A DNA stretch of 59,692 bases from a virus (taxonomy: Duplodnaviria; Caudoviricetes): the IMG/VR virus record IMGVR_UViG_3300042453_002905, positions 1-59,692 of that record, one strand, 5' to 3'. Position numbers and translations under genes: made by a program. The number at the start of each line of letters is the position of its first letter. The stretch's first letter is position 1. Below are positions 16,331 through 25,209 of the stretch, one piece after another. Below the pieces are notes generated by a model. That model was not told the DNA's origin. It did not search any database and saw only the letters and a program-made list of their open reading frames with translations.

Positions 16331-18067
16331 TCACTTTTTTTCGATTTCAAAATCGACCTCCTCGTGAATAGAAAAGGCGGTAACGGATTCGGCCCCGAAT
16401 TCACCCGCCGCCAGGCTCTCCAGTGCCCGCAGGTGGGCCGCTGTGAACCGGATGAAGCGACGGCTGCTCCCGCCCTCTCCGGCCCCTCTTGAGGCCGGCA
16501 GAGCGTTCTGGCCGACGGCAGCGAGAATCATCTTCTTGATGGTCTTGATGTCGCCGTCTTCGAGCTTCCGCCGGCCGCGGTCGACCATCTCCCACGCTTT
16601 CATCCAGCCGAACCACAACTCCCAGACCCCGTCGCGACCTCGAACCCACGCTGGCATCCCGGTCACGTCGGGCGAGCCGTCCTCGTCGGCGTCGTCATCG
16701 GGCTTCGGCGACATCGAGAGCACCTCCAGCAGCCACCCAGCCACCGTCGCGAAGCGGCAGTTCTCCGCGGTCGCCGCCTCCTGCGACGCCTCGTCCATGA
16801 GCTTGGCCTTCAGCCCGCGAACCGCCTTCTGGCCCTTCTTCTTGCCCTGCCCGTTCCAAATCCCGAACCACTCCTCCGGCACGGCATCGACGATCACGGT
16901 GTGCGTCGCCTCAAGGATCGCCTGGGCCACCTTGGCCGCCGAGCGAAACGACTCGGCATTCAGCGGCACCGAAACCCGCACTGTCTTCTGCTCGCTGTTG
17001 ACCTCGCGAAAGACCGGCACCGTGAGGGCGTAGGACACCGGGTCGCCGTGGATGACCTTCAGGTGCCACTGCCCAGGCCACCACTCCTCGCCGTCGTACC
17101 GCAGGCCAATAGTCGTGAACGGCAGCGACTTGTCCTCGCCCTCCGTCGGTTGCTCGACACCGTTCTCCATCCGATCGGCCACCGCCTTCGACTTCTCAAC
17201 CTCATCAGCAACCCCTTGAGCACGCTTTCGCGTTGCCCATGACAGTTCGTGCCTGAAGATGTTCTCGATCTCGTCGTCACCCTTTGGTGGATTGCACCTC
17301 TGCTTGTTCATCGCCTTGATGAGTTCGAGCACGTCCTGCTGCTCGACGGCGTCATGCACGTTGAGCATATTGATGCACTGGCGTGCCGCGAACCGCACAA
17401 GCGAGTCGTGCCTATCGCCCTCGCCCATCGGCGTGTAGAGAATCTTGTTGGCCGACGGCTTCCGCTCGACGGCCTCGCCGCCACCGGACTTCTCGCCCAC
17501 CTCGTTGATGATCGCGACCAGTAACTCCTTCGGGATTTCTGCGACCTCGCAGTCCTCGCAACTCATCCCCTCCACCCACGAGTAGCTCGCGCCGCTGGAG
17601 TGCGAACTGGGAGGGAAGATCGACTGAGCACCGCGCTTCCCGCCGCCGATGCGAATCTCCAAGCCGGCGAGCTTGTAGACCGCCTGCTGCGGAAGCCTCC
17701 TGTCCCACTTGAAGAGTCGATGCGTCGAACGCTTCGAGGTGAACGTCGGCGTGTACGCCTTGTCGATGCCGAACCGCTCGGCCGTCTTCCGGCCCTGGTC
17801 GGTGTCAAACTCGATGTCGATGATGCCGCTCTTCTCGCCAAGCTGCACGCCGATGTTGTAGTTCTTGACACCGTCATACCAGTGCGACAGTTCGTCCTCG
17901 TCGGTCATGCTCTTGTGCTGCCATGCGTTCAGCACGGGATGCTTCCCAGGCGTCGAGCAGTTCTCGCTCCGGCAGGTGCATTTCTCGCCGTTCGACCCGT
18001 GGCACGGGACAATGTGCCACCCTTTGGCCGCATAGATGGCGGCCCACCTAAATCTCATATCGCTCAT
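16331..18067 (-). CDS. Bifunctional primase-polymerase (Prim-Pol) with PriCT-like domain
   Basis: CTC...C..PGKHP, NIGV.LG...IDIE, PPS.HSSG..Y.W and EGDRHDSL motifs. Confidence 0.88.
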   Translation of the reverse strand: MSDMRFRWAAIYAAKGWHIVPCHGSNGEKCTCRSENCSTPGKHPVLNAWQHKSMTDEDELSHWYDGVKNYNIGVQLGEKSGIIDIEFDTDQGRKTAERFGIDKAYTPTFTSKRSTHRLFKWDRRLPQQAVYKLAGLEIRIGGGKRGAQSIFPPSSHSSGASYSWVEGMSCEDCEVAEIPKELLVAIINEVGEKSGGGEAVERKPSANKILYTPMGEGDRHDSLVRFAARQCINMLNVHDAVEQQDVLELIKAMNKQRCNPPKGDDEIENIFRHELSWATRKRAQGVADEVEKSKAVADRMENGVEQPTEGEDKSLPFTTIGLRYDGEEWWPGQWHLKVIHGDPVSYALTVPVFREVNSEQKTVRVSVPLNAESFRSAAKVAQAILEATHTVIVDAVPEEWFGIWNGQGKKKGQKAVRGLKAKLMDEASQEAATAENCRFATVAGWLLEVLSMSPKPDDDADEDGSPDVTGMPAWVRGRDGVWELWFGWMKAWEMVDRGRRKLEDGDIKTIKKMILAAVGQNALPASRGAGEGGSSRRFIRFTAAHLRALESLAAGEFGAESVTAFSIHEEVDFEIEKK

Positions 18068-18783
18068 CGAATCGCTCCTTCTTCTCGCCAGCTTGTTTCG
18101 TTCTCCCTCGCCGAAACCAACCGCAATGTTTTGTTCGCGTCGTGATATCGCTCCCAGCGATCCCGAAGGTCTTCGTCCTGCATAGCCACGCCGCACTGTT
18201 CGTCTGATCGCGTCTGCACGTCGCCCAAGGAAACTCCGGCCCCTTCCAGAAACGAGTCCCGAAGAAACGCAAAGGTTTTCGGGTAGTGGTCAACGCGACT
18301 GTCGCCCCAAGTCAAAGGCTGCCCGCTGGCATCGCTGGTCACGCTGCCGGAGCCGGAAAGAAATCGGAGCCGCTTGTATTCGCAGACTTGGCCGTGAATG
18401 GCTCGACGCATTGCAGAGTTAGCGATTGCCTCCGGCTTGAAGCCTACGCAGCACTTCTTCCAACTGAAGTCGATTTCCATGCCGTTTTCGTAGGCCACAA
18501 ACAGGTGATTCACGTTCGTCGGCGAGTTGCCGTAGAACCGATATCCGTCGTTGTGGCGAACGCGGATGCCTATGACCTCGCCCTCAAGGCCAGGCAGTAT
18601 TTTCTCATGCGGCCTGTCGTGCCGTTCGATGATCAGCGACAGCAAAAACATCGCGTGCTCGGAAGACACAAGCTCACCGCTCGCGTAGCCGCCGATCATC
18701 TCGCGACATCTCCGTTCCAGTGCCGCCTTCGAGGCAAATGTCTCGCCGGCAACAATCACAGGGTTCCGTCCCAGTCTCGGCAT
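18064..18783 (-). CDS. DCL/DUF3223-domain protein with HNH-like C-terminus
   Basis: FL..L..RH....EK...IRV...F....G..IDFSWKKC, then VDH..KTF...W..YH...L.LV...EN. Confidence 0.7.
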   Translation of the reverse strand: MPRLGRNPVIVAGETFASKAALERRCREMIGGYASGELVSSEHAMFLLSLIIERHDRPHEKILPGLEGEVIGIRVRHNDGYRFYGNSPTNVNHLFVAYENGMEIDFSWKKCCVGFKPEAIANSAMRRAIHGQVCEYKRLRFLSGSGSVTSDASGQPLTWGDSRVDHYPKTFAFLRDSFLEGAGVSLGDVQTRSDEQCGVAMQDEDLRDRWERYHDANKTLRLVSARENETSWREEGAIR

Positions 18784-18805
18784 GGATCGAATGTCCTCTT
18801 GCTCG

Positions 18806-18856
18806 CAAGAAAATCCCCCTCCCCTCCAGCCTTGGGCTTGCTGGAGGGGAGGGAGG
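18806..18856 (-). terminator. Intrinsic terminator
   Basis: 14-bp stem CCCTCCCCTCCAGC/GCTGGAGGGGAGGG followed by GGATTTTCTT. Confidence 0.65.
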
Positions 18857-18859
18857 AAG

Positions 18860-18985
18860 AGTCGCCGGTCGTCATGCTGGAAAGGTGGCAGCAGAGGCTC
18901 GACCGACTTCCGCAGTTACGACGCCACGAGCGGCTAGGCGACCGGCCTGCGTTGCAGCAGGTTTCGGGCCGCCGGCCCAGCCGCA
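18860..18985 (-). ncRNA. Candidate structured RNA downstream of the SSB-like gene
   Basis: Several 5-10 bp helices and a GCAA-containing loop; followed by a terminator. Confidence 0.35.
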
Positions 18986-18988
18986 AGA

Positions 18989-19771
18989 TCACTCGTCGTC
19001 GTGGTCGCCTCCTGCCTCGACGACGGCACCGGCCGGGGGAGCGTTGAACATCCGCTTCAGAGGCTCGGCGTAGATGCGGTTTGCAACTTCGCCTTCCTCT
19101 TCGCTGATCGTTCCGACCATCCGAGGCACGATCTGGCTATAGGGCTGGCCGTTCTTGCCCTTCGCCTTTTCGAGCCGCAGCCCCACCACGCACTCGTAGT
19201 GGAAGCTCGCCAGCCCCGTCTTCTGGAACTTCATCCAGTTCTGGAGACTGCCAGGCCCGACCGTCACAAGGATCGGCCACGTCTCGCCGTCGCGAAGGAT
19301 CGCAAGAATGCGAGACTCCTTAACCCGCTTGCCGGCCCCGCCGCGAGCGGAGCCGTAGCCGAACTCAGGACTAGTCGACAATGCGTGCCAGTCATATCGC
19401 CGGTCGCCGATCCGGTACTTCTCCAAGGCCGCTGGGTCGATCGAGCCGAGGTCATCGCTGACCCGATAGCCGACCAACAGGTCGTTCGTCACGACCACCG
19501 GCCGCTGATCGGTCGGGTCTTCACTCGGCCAGAGCGTGCCCTGCTTTGCGATCGCCACGAGCAGCCCGACGATCTCACCGCACGTCTCCGTGTTGCCGGC
19601 GATCTCGACGTTCCACTGCGTGCCACCGCCGGCCGGGGTTTTCACCCGCACCAAATCCTGAATCTGAATCGGCTCGCCTTCCAGATTCGCCTCGATGATC
19701 CGCATCTGCCGCGAACCAGGCCGCAGAGCGGCAAAAGAAACACTTGGAACACTCAACGCTGTTGTAGTCAT
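18989..19771 (-). CDS. Probable ssDNA-binding or recombination protein
   Basis: Position in the replication module, acidic tail GGDHDDE, AAGGAG RBS. Confidence 0.55.
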   Translation of the reverse strand: MTTTALSVPSVSFAALRPGSRQMRIIEANLEGEPIQIQDLVRVKTPAGGGTQWNVEIAGNTETCGEIVGLLVAIAKQGTLWPSEDPTDQRPVVVTNDLLVGYRVSDDLGSIDPAALEKYRIGDRRYDWHALSTSPEFGYGSARGGAGKRVKESRILAILRDGETWPILVTVGPGSLQNWMKFQKTGLASFHYECVVGLRLEKAKGKNGQPYSQIVPRMVGTISEEEGEVANRIYAEPLKRMFNAPPAGAVVEAGGDHDDE

Positions 19772-19809
19772 GCTTTTACTCCTTGCATGAGAACCTCTCG
19801 AACCAAGCG

Positions 19810-20259
19810 TCACCCCACAGTGAGGTGACGCAGTTTCGGCTGGACGTATTCACCGACCAGCCCCTCAAACACCGTCCCTTGTGACCACGGCGTGCGGGCA
19901 TCCGTGCCCGCTTCAGTTGCCATCTCCTTCAGCAGGCTCTTCAGCCTCGCCGTGTTCACTTGCGTGACCGCATCCCGCAGCCCCGCACGCTCTGCGGCCT
20001 CCATGACCGCCTCTTTCCGCGCCTCCGGCACGGAGCACGAGTGAGTCCATTCCACTCGCCACGAACGCCCCGCGGTGCGAACACCGTCGAGACGCTGTGT
20101 TGTCAGTTCCTCGACGGCGATCGACTCCAAGTGATCCCGTCGCTTCTTGAGTTCGTCGATCTGGTCGTTGAGGGCCGCGACCTTCTTGTCGATCTCTGTG
20201 ATCTCAGAAAGCGCCGTTTGTAGCGGCGTGTCGACTAACGAATCCGTCAATGATGTCAC
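19810..20259 (-). CDS. Coiled-coil replication-module protein (Gam/gp33-like)
   Basis: N-terminal coiled coil; VNTARLKSL motif. Confidence 0.55.
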   Translation of the reverse strand: MTSLTDSLVDTPLQTALSEITEIDKKVAALNDQIDELKKRRDHLESIAVEELTTQRLDGVRTAGRSWRVEWTHSCSVPEARKEAVMEAAERAGLRDAVTQVNTARLKSLLKEMATEAGTDARTPWSQGTVFEGLVGEYVQPKLRHLTVG

Positions 20260-21595
20260 TCAAAACCTCCTTCCGCTCCCTAAGAGCCTGGTACACCCGG
20301 CCGTCCACCGTGGCGCGGCCGTTGATCGTTGCAACGAGATGGTAGATGTGCGTGGTGGCGGCCTGCCCCGGCCGGTGGAGGCGGGCGACGGCCTGTTCGT
20401 ACTCGCTCAGGCTGAAGCCGAGGCTGTAGAAAAAGCAGTAGCTCGCCCGCGTCAAATCAATTCCGATGCCGCCAGACTGAATCTGCGCGACGAGGGCATT
20501 CGTTCGGCCCGCCTGCCAGTCGGCCAGTTCGTTCGCGTGGCCGGATAGCTCGCTCACCGCCCGGTTGTTGTCTCGGCACGCAGCCTTTGCGGCGGCGATA
20601 TCACTGGTGAAGCGGCAAAAGATCACAACAGGCTCGTCGGCGGGAAGGTCTTCTAATCTATCAGACAGGACTGCCGCCTTAGACGCCTTCTCGCAAATTT
20701 GGGTGGCTGTCGACGCATCGTCGTATTTCACGCTGCCGCCGCATATCTGTTGGATGCGCAGCAGTTGCACCAGAGCGTTCGACGGTGTCACGGTGCCGGC
20801 CTCGCACACCGCACAAAATTCTGTCTCCACCTCGCGATACAGTCGAGCCTCGCGTGGGTCGAGTTCGCAGGGAATGTCGTCGAACATGATCGGCGGCAGA
20901 TCGAGCACGTCGCCAGACTTCACATGATGCGTCGTCGCGGCGATCTTCGCGTGGGCGTCTTCGAGATTCTTAAATCCCACGACGAACTTCTGTGGGCCGT
21001 TGGCGATAATCGCGTACCTTGCCTTATGGAGCGTGAACGAATCACCGAACGTGACCGGCGGATGCTCGACCGAGGCCCAGACCGCCCATGCGTCAAGGAT
21101 CGAGTGGGGGATCAGCGTTCCAGACAGCCCATAGCGTCGAGCCGTCGGGTTCTTCTTGGTCATTCGTCGTGCCCATCGGCTGGCCGCCCCGCTCGGAGCC
21201 TTGAGCCGGTGAACCTCGTCCCACACCAGCACGTCCCACTTTGCCTTCTCAAGCTCTGGGATTCGCCAAGCCGACTCGTAGTTCACGACGATGATGACCG
21301 GCGAGCGGTCGGCGAGAGCCGCGGCAAGCTGCTTCTGCTTCTTCGCCTTCGTCGAGCCGTCGAGCAGGACGACTCGGATTTCTGGGCACCAGAGGCCAAC
21401 CTGCTTCTTCCAGGCCGGCATCACTGCCTTCGGGCAGCAAACCAGAATGCGAGTCGCCATGAGTTCGGCGATGCAGCGGACGATCAGAGCCAGCGTGGTC
21501 TTCGTCTTGCCGCTGCCCATTCCGTGATTGAGCAAGGCCCAGATGCGGGGCCACGCCCAATCGAACGCTTCCTGCTGATGCTTCCACAAATCCAC
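20204..21595 (-). CDS. SNF2-family helicase
   Basis: MGSGKT, DEVH, LSGT, GIGIDL and QAVARLHRPGQ motifs. Confidence 0.92.
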   Translation of the reverse strand: MDLWKHQQEAFDWAWPRIWALLNHGMGSGKTKTTLALIVRCIAELMATRILVCCPKAVMPAWKKQVGLWCPEIRVVLLDGSTKAKKQKQLAAALADRSPVIIVVNYESAWRIPELEKAKWDVLVWDEVHRLKAPSGAASRWARRMTKKNPTARRYGLSGTLIPHSILDAWAVWASVEHPPVTFGDSFTLHKARYAIIANGPQKFVVGFKNLEDAHAKIAATTHHVKSGDVLDLPPIMFDDIPCELDPREARLYREVETEFCAVCEAGTVTPSNALVQLLRIQQICGGSVKYDDASTATQICEKASKAAVLSDRLEDLPADEPVVIFCRFTSDIAAAKAACRDNNRAVSELSGHANELADWQAGRTNALVAQIQSGGIGIDLTRASYCFFYSLGFSLSEYEQAVARLHRPGQAATTHIYHLVATINGRATVDGRVYQALRERKEVLSDIIDGFVSRHAATNGAF

Positions 21596-21644
21596 GCGCT
21601 CTCTCCTTGAGGCTGCGTGAATCTATCGGCGATCAGGCGACTCG

Positions 21645-22232
21645 TCAACACAACTTTTTTCGAGGCCGCCCAATTTTCTTGCCGGCGGCTTCGATGGAGC
21701 GAACTTGCTTGACGTTTTCGACGCACGATTGACGGGAGATGATGTAGATTCTCGCCGACGAGCCTCGCCTGCTCCACGGCCGCCGGCCGACGATATCACC
21801 GCGGGCGACGAGCCGCGGGATAAAGCTCACGACGACCTTCAAAATCTTCGCAGCCTCGGCGACGCCGATCGCGTCGTTGAAGGCGATCGGCGTCTTCACG
21901 GCCTTCAGGTGCCGGATCGCCTCCGGCCGGAGGTGGAGCCACGCCCGCGGGCGTTTGCCGTGCTCGCCGGAGTCCATGAGGTCTTCGTATTCCTCGAAGT
22001 CCTTCTCGCACTCCCGGCTGTCGTATATGGCCTGGTACTTCGTCAGCTTCGCAACGTGGACACTTTCCTCCACGCGGTGAGCAGACAGCACCCCCTTCTC
22101 GACGAGCTTCTGGGGGCGGCTGTAATGGACGCCCATGAGGGCGGCGGCCTCGTAAGCTCCGACGGCCTGGGGTTCGTAAAGGTGTCCTTTCTGCGTCCTT
22201 GCCGGTTTTACCCGTTTTTCCGGCTTTTTCAT
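21645..22232 (-). CDS. Tandem excisionase-like HTH protein with AT-hook tail
   Basis: VGAYEAAALMGV and IGVAEAAKILKV; C-terminal GRPRK. Confidence 0.7.
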   Translation of the reverse strand: MKKPEKRVKPARTQKGHLYEPQAVGAYEAAALMGVHYSRPQKLVEKGVLSAHRVEESVHVAKLTKYQAIYDSRECEKDFEEYEDLMDSGEHGKRPRAWLHLRPEAIRHLKAVKTPIAFNDAIGVAEAAKILKVVVSFIPRLVARGDIVGRRPWSRRGSSARIYIISRQSCVENVKQVRSIEAAGKKIGRPRKKLC

Positions 22233-22324
22233 CTTCGGCCCTTTTGCACTTGCCTCGAAATGGAGGATAGGGGATTCTACATCGCAGGCGGTTACGAAAA
22301 CCACGAAACGGAGTTTTGCCTGCA

Positions 22325-22531
22325 ATGCACAGGAAGCACTTGGTAATCATCGACTGGATTGATCGCGATGTCGAGGACTCTGACGAAATTATGGTTTTTG
22401 CCGATTCTCCGGCAGAGGCAATTCGCAAGGCTCGTGAAAAATGGCGAGTGACCATCGGTGCCCAGTGGCCGCAATGTCGGATTGTAGAGTCCAAAATTTT
22501 GAAGCAGGGGACGCCCCACCCATTTGCGTGA
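22325..22531 (+). CDS. Hypothetical protein
   Basis: Divergent from the HTH gene, upstream of the integrase. Confidence 0.55.
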   Translation: MHRKHLVIIDWIDRDVEDSDEIMVFADSPAEAIRKAREKWRVTIGAQWPQCRIVESKILKQGTPHPFA

Positions 22532-22577
22532 TGCTCTTTCGGGTGGCATTGTCCCTCCAAGGCCACGAGAGATAACC

Positions 22578-23426
22578 GTGAAACTGCTCGATGTAGTCCG
22601 CGACTTGTACGCGCCGCTGAGAGGGATCAGCGACCGCACGGTCGAGATTTACGCCGGCACGTTTCGGCGCTTCGGCGAATTTCTCGGCCACGAGCCGACG
22701 ACCGCCGATCTCGACGAGATCACGCTGGCGAAATACCTCGCCCATAGGGTTCGCACGTCGTCGCCAGGCAGCGCAGCGAAATGCAGGGCCTGCCTGCGGG
22801 CCGTCTGGGAATTCTGTGCGAAACGCAAATTGACCGAAACCTGGCCGGAGGTTCGGACGATTCGCGTGCCGGAGCGAGTTCCGCGGGCTTGGCTGATCGA
22901 GGAGTTTCAGCGGCTGCTCGGAGCCTGCGAGACAGAATACGGCGAAGTCGTCGGCGTGCCGGCGAGGCTCTGGTTTCGAGCGATCGTGCTCACGGCGTAC
23001 TGGACCGGCGAGCGGATCGGCGCGTTGCTGACGCTAGAGTGGGCAGACGTCGAGCCGGAGGCGATCCTGTTTCGAGCCGAAACAAGGAAAGGGCAGCGAG
23101 AAGACATTTACCGACCGATCCCGCCGGAGTGCTATGCAGCGATCCAGGCTATTCGCAGCAAACGCAAGCTGGTCTTCGACTGGGATAGGTCATACACGCT
23201 GATCTGGGGCCGACTCGGCAAAATCTGCGAGCGGGCGGGGTTGCCGAATGACAGGATGAGCAAATTTCATCGCGTCAGAAAAACGTCGGCGAGTTATTTC
23301 CAGGCCGGTGGTGGTTCGGCCCAGGCTCTGATGGGGCATCGGAATCCTGCGACGACCCGGCGATACCTCGACCCTCGGATCGTCAAGACACCGGCCGCGC
23401 CGGAGATTCTGCCGCGAGTTGGCTAG
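22578..23426 (+). CDS. Tyrosine recombinase/integrase
   Basis: TGERIG (R), K, FHRVR (HxxR), MGH and TTRRY catalytic residues. Confidence 0.9.
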   Translation: MKLLDVVRDLYAPLRGISDRTVEIYAGTFRRFGEFLGHEPTTADLDEITLAKYLAHRVRTSSPGSAAKCRACLRAVWEFCAKRKLTETWPEVRTIRVPERVPRAWLIEEFQRLLGACETEYGEVVGVPARLWFRAIVLTAYWTGERIGALLTLEWADVEPEAILFRAETRKGQREDIYRPIPPECYAAIQAIRSKRKLVFDWDRSYTLIWGRLGKICERAGLPNDRMSKFHRVRKTSASYFQAGGGSAQALMGHRNPATTRRYLDPRIVKTPAAPEILPRVG

Positions 23427-23450
23427 GTTCTCTATGTGACGGCAGTAGGG

Positions 23451-23612
23451 TCACTTGGCCCGCGTCTTCTTCCTATTCTCGCGGTAGCCGCAAGCCTTGC
23501 ACTTCCCCGTCTGACCGACGAGGTTCCCGTCGCACCCGCTGCACCAAAACAGGCCGCGCTTTGCCGTCCGGCTTTTCTGCCTGTTTGTCAGCGGAAACTC
23601 TTGCCTCGCCAT
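23451..23612 (-). CDS. 53-aa zinc-ribbon protein
   Basis: Not in the ORF track. CSGC...CKAC; GCAGGTG upstream. Confidence 0.6.
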   Translation of the reverse strand: MARQEFPLTNRQKSRTAKRGLFWCSGCDGNLVGQTGKCKACGYRENRKKTRAK

Positions 23613-23777
23613 GTCTGCACCTGCGGCGTGTAACGTCGGGGCGTCATTCTACCCGGTCGGCAATCGGGCGCAATCGGCTTTCCAGTTTCGCGAAAACGGA
23701 AAGGCCGGATGCTTGTGCGATAGCGCAACTATTCGGAAATCCCGAATGGTTCCCGACGCTCTCTAAGGTGAGTAGTG

Positions 23778-24005
23778 TCATTCGGCAGGCGGCGACGGCA
23801 GTGGCATCCAGTGGGTGACGTACTCAGCGTCACCGTCGCCACCGTAGAACCGTGGCAGCGACCCACCTCCGGTCATGAAGCCGCAGGAAAACACCCCGGC
23901 CCCGTCATACGCCAGAACGTTACACGTCTTTTCGGGGAGCCTGTCCGCGACGGCAACCCATTGATCCGTGAGCGTGTACATCTTGCCGCTGATGACTTCC
24001 ATCAC
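23778..24005 (-). CDS. DUF551-family protein
   Basis: WVAVADRLP...VTHWMPLP. Confidence 0.85.
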   Translation of the reverse strand: MMEVISGKMYTLTDQWVAVADRLPEKTCNVLAYDGAGVFSCGFMTGGGSLPRFYGGDGDAEYVTHWMPLPSPPAE

Positions 24006-24364
24006 GTCACCTCCGGCGGCGCTGGTAGAGGCATCCAGTGGGTCACGTCCTTGAGGTCTTCGCCGCCGTAGTCATCCGCGAAGCGGGGGTCGGCGGGTTC
24101 ATGCGGCAGGCTCCAGTCAACGAACAGCACCTCTTTGACAACTACTTCGCCGTCCTTCCGCCGTACGGAAATCAAAACGCTTGTGTCATGTTCTGGCAGC
24201 CGCTCACTAACGGGAATCCAGCGTGGCAGCATTGCTTCCAGTTTGTCCACCCTGTCTTCAAGTTCGCTGATCTCGTTGTCAGCGTCTGCTAACTCGCTGG
24301 TCGGATTGCGAACGAAATCGTAGTTGCGGTCGCTCATGTCCCTACTCTCCGTCGGTAGCGTCAC
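24002..24364 (-). CDS. DUF551-family protein
   Basis: WIPVSERLP...VTHWMPLP. Confidence 0.85.
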   Translation of the reverse strand: MTLPTESRDMSDRNYDFVRNPTSELADADNEISELEDRVDKLEAMLPRWIPVSERLPEHDTSVLISVRRKDGEVVVKEVLFVDWSLPHEPADPRFADDYGGEDLKDVTHWMPLPAPPEVT

Positions 24365-24738
24365 TTCGTTCGTTCCAGCAACCCCCGCAGCGTGGCGGCA
24401 ACCCCAGACGGGAACCCGTCCATCTCGTCGTCGTAGGAATCCGTGATTCGGACGGCCGCATCAATCGCCACACGCTCCGCGTCGGTGAGCGATTGCTGGC
24501 GGTAGAGCGGCTCCACGCTCCAGTTCATCTCGTCGGCTGCGGTGCGGGCCTGCTCGTACAGCGAGTAGACCGACTCGCTGCCGTCAGTGTCGTAGACGCG
24601 CCATGCGACAGGCCCCTGCTTCCGCTCATATGCGGCCCAATCGTACCGGCTGCCGTCAGGATTTTGTCGGCAATACCCTGCGGCTGGACTCATGATCCAT
24701 CGGGCAAACAACACCTGTTTTTTTTCGGAATCGCCCAT
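24361..24738 (-). CDS. Hypothetical protein (PVAWR...EPLY)
   Basis: GAGGA RBS; motif pattern common in phages. Confidence 0.7.
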   Translation of the reverse strand: MGDSEKKQVLFARWIMSPAAGYCRQNPDGSRYDWAAYERKQGPVAWRVYDTDGSESVYSLYEQARTAADEMNWSVEPLYRQQSLTDAERVAIDAAVRITDSYDDEMDGFPSGVAATLRGLLERTK

Positions 24739-24771
24739 CGTTTTTTATGTCCTCACCTTCCGCCTCTAGCG

Positions 24772-25209
24772 TCAGTCGGATGGAGGCTCAAACAGCGGCT
24801 TCCAGTTCGGCGGCTCGGGCGGAAGCGGCATCCAGTGCGTCACGCCAGGGTATTCGTCTGCCTCATCCTGCTCACGCCACTTGCCGTCCCTGTAACAACA
24901 GATTTGGTACCACGCCCAAGGCTTCAGGCAGTAGCCACCGGAGTTCCACACCAGCACCGACTGGTCGCTGTCGGGCGTGTCGTCGTTCACCGAAATCCAC
25001 GGCGACCTCAACGTGGCAATTTCGTCTCGGCACTCAATCAGCAAGTTCGCTGGAAAGCCAACGTCTTCCCAGCCAGCCGTCTCGGCGTCCTCAACGCACT
25101 TATTGATGCGGGCGATGATGTCTTCCATGCCCGCCATTGTACCCCCGTCCACCAGCGCGAGCCACCGACATTCCACCAGGCGCGACCACACTTTGCTGGT
25201 GTAGGGCAC
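24772..25209 (-). CDS. DUF551-family protein (start uncertain)
   Basis: WISVNDDTP...VTHWMPLP. Confidence 0.8.
   Translation of the reverse strand: MPYTSKVWSRLVECRWLALVDGGTMAGMEDIIARINKCVEDAETAGWEDVGFPANLLIECRDEIATLRSPWISVNDDTPDSDQSVLVWNSGGYCLKPWAWYQICCYRDGKWREQDEADEYPGVTHWMPLPPEPPNWKPLFEPPSD

Noticed and set aside
18860-18985. Twister ribozyme or c-di-GMP-I riboswitch
   Set aside because: Only fragments resemble the consensus; key conserved nucleotides and spacing are missing.
18756-18992. 78-aa ORF
   Set aside because: It runs through a terminator and helices and has an atypical composition; treated as non-coding.
19775-21612. AAGGAG sites before the SSB-like and SNF2 genes as CsrA sites
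   Set aside because: Stems are only 3 bp and coincide with the Shine-Dalgarno sequence, so they cannot be told from chance.
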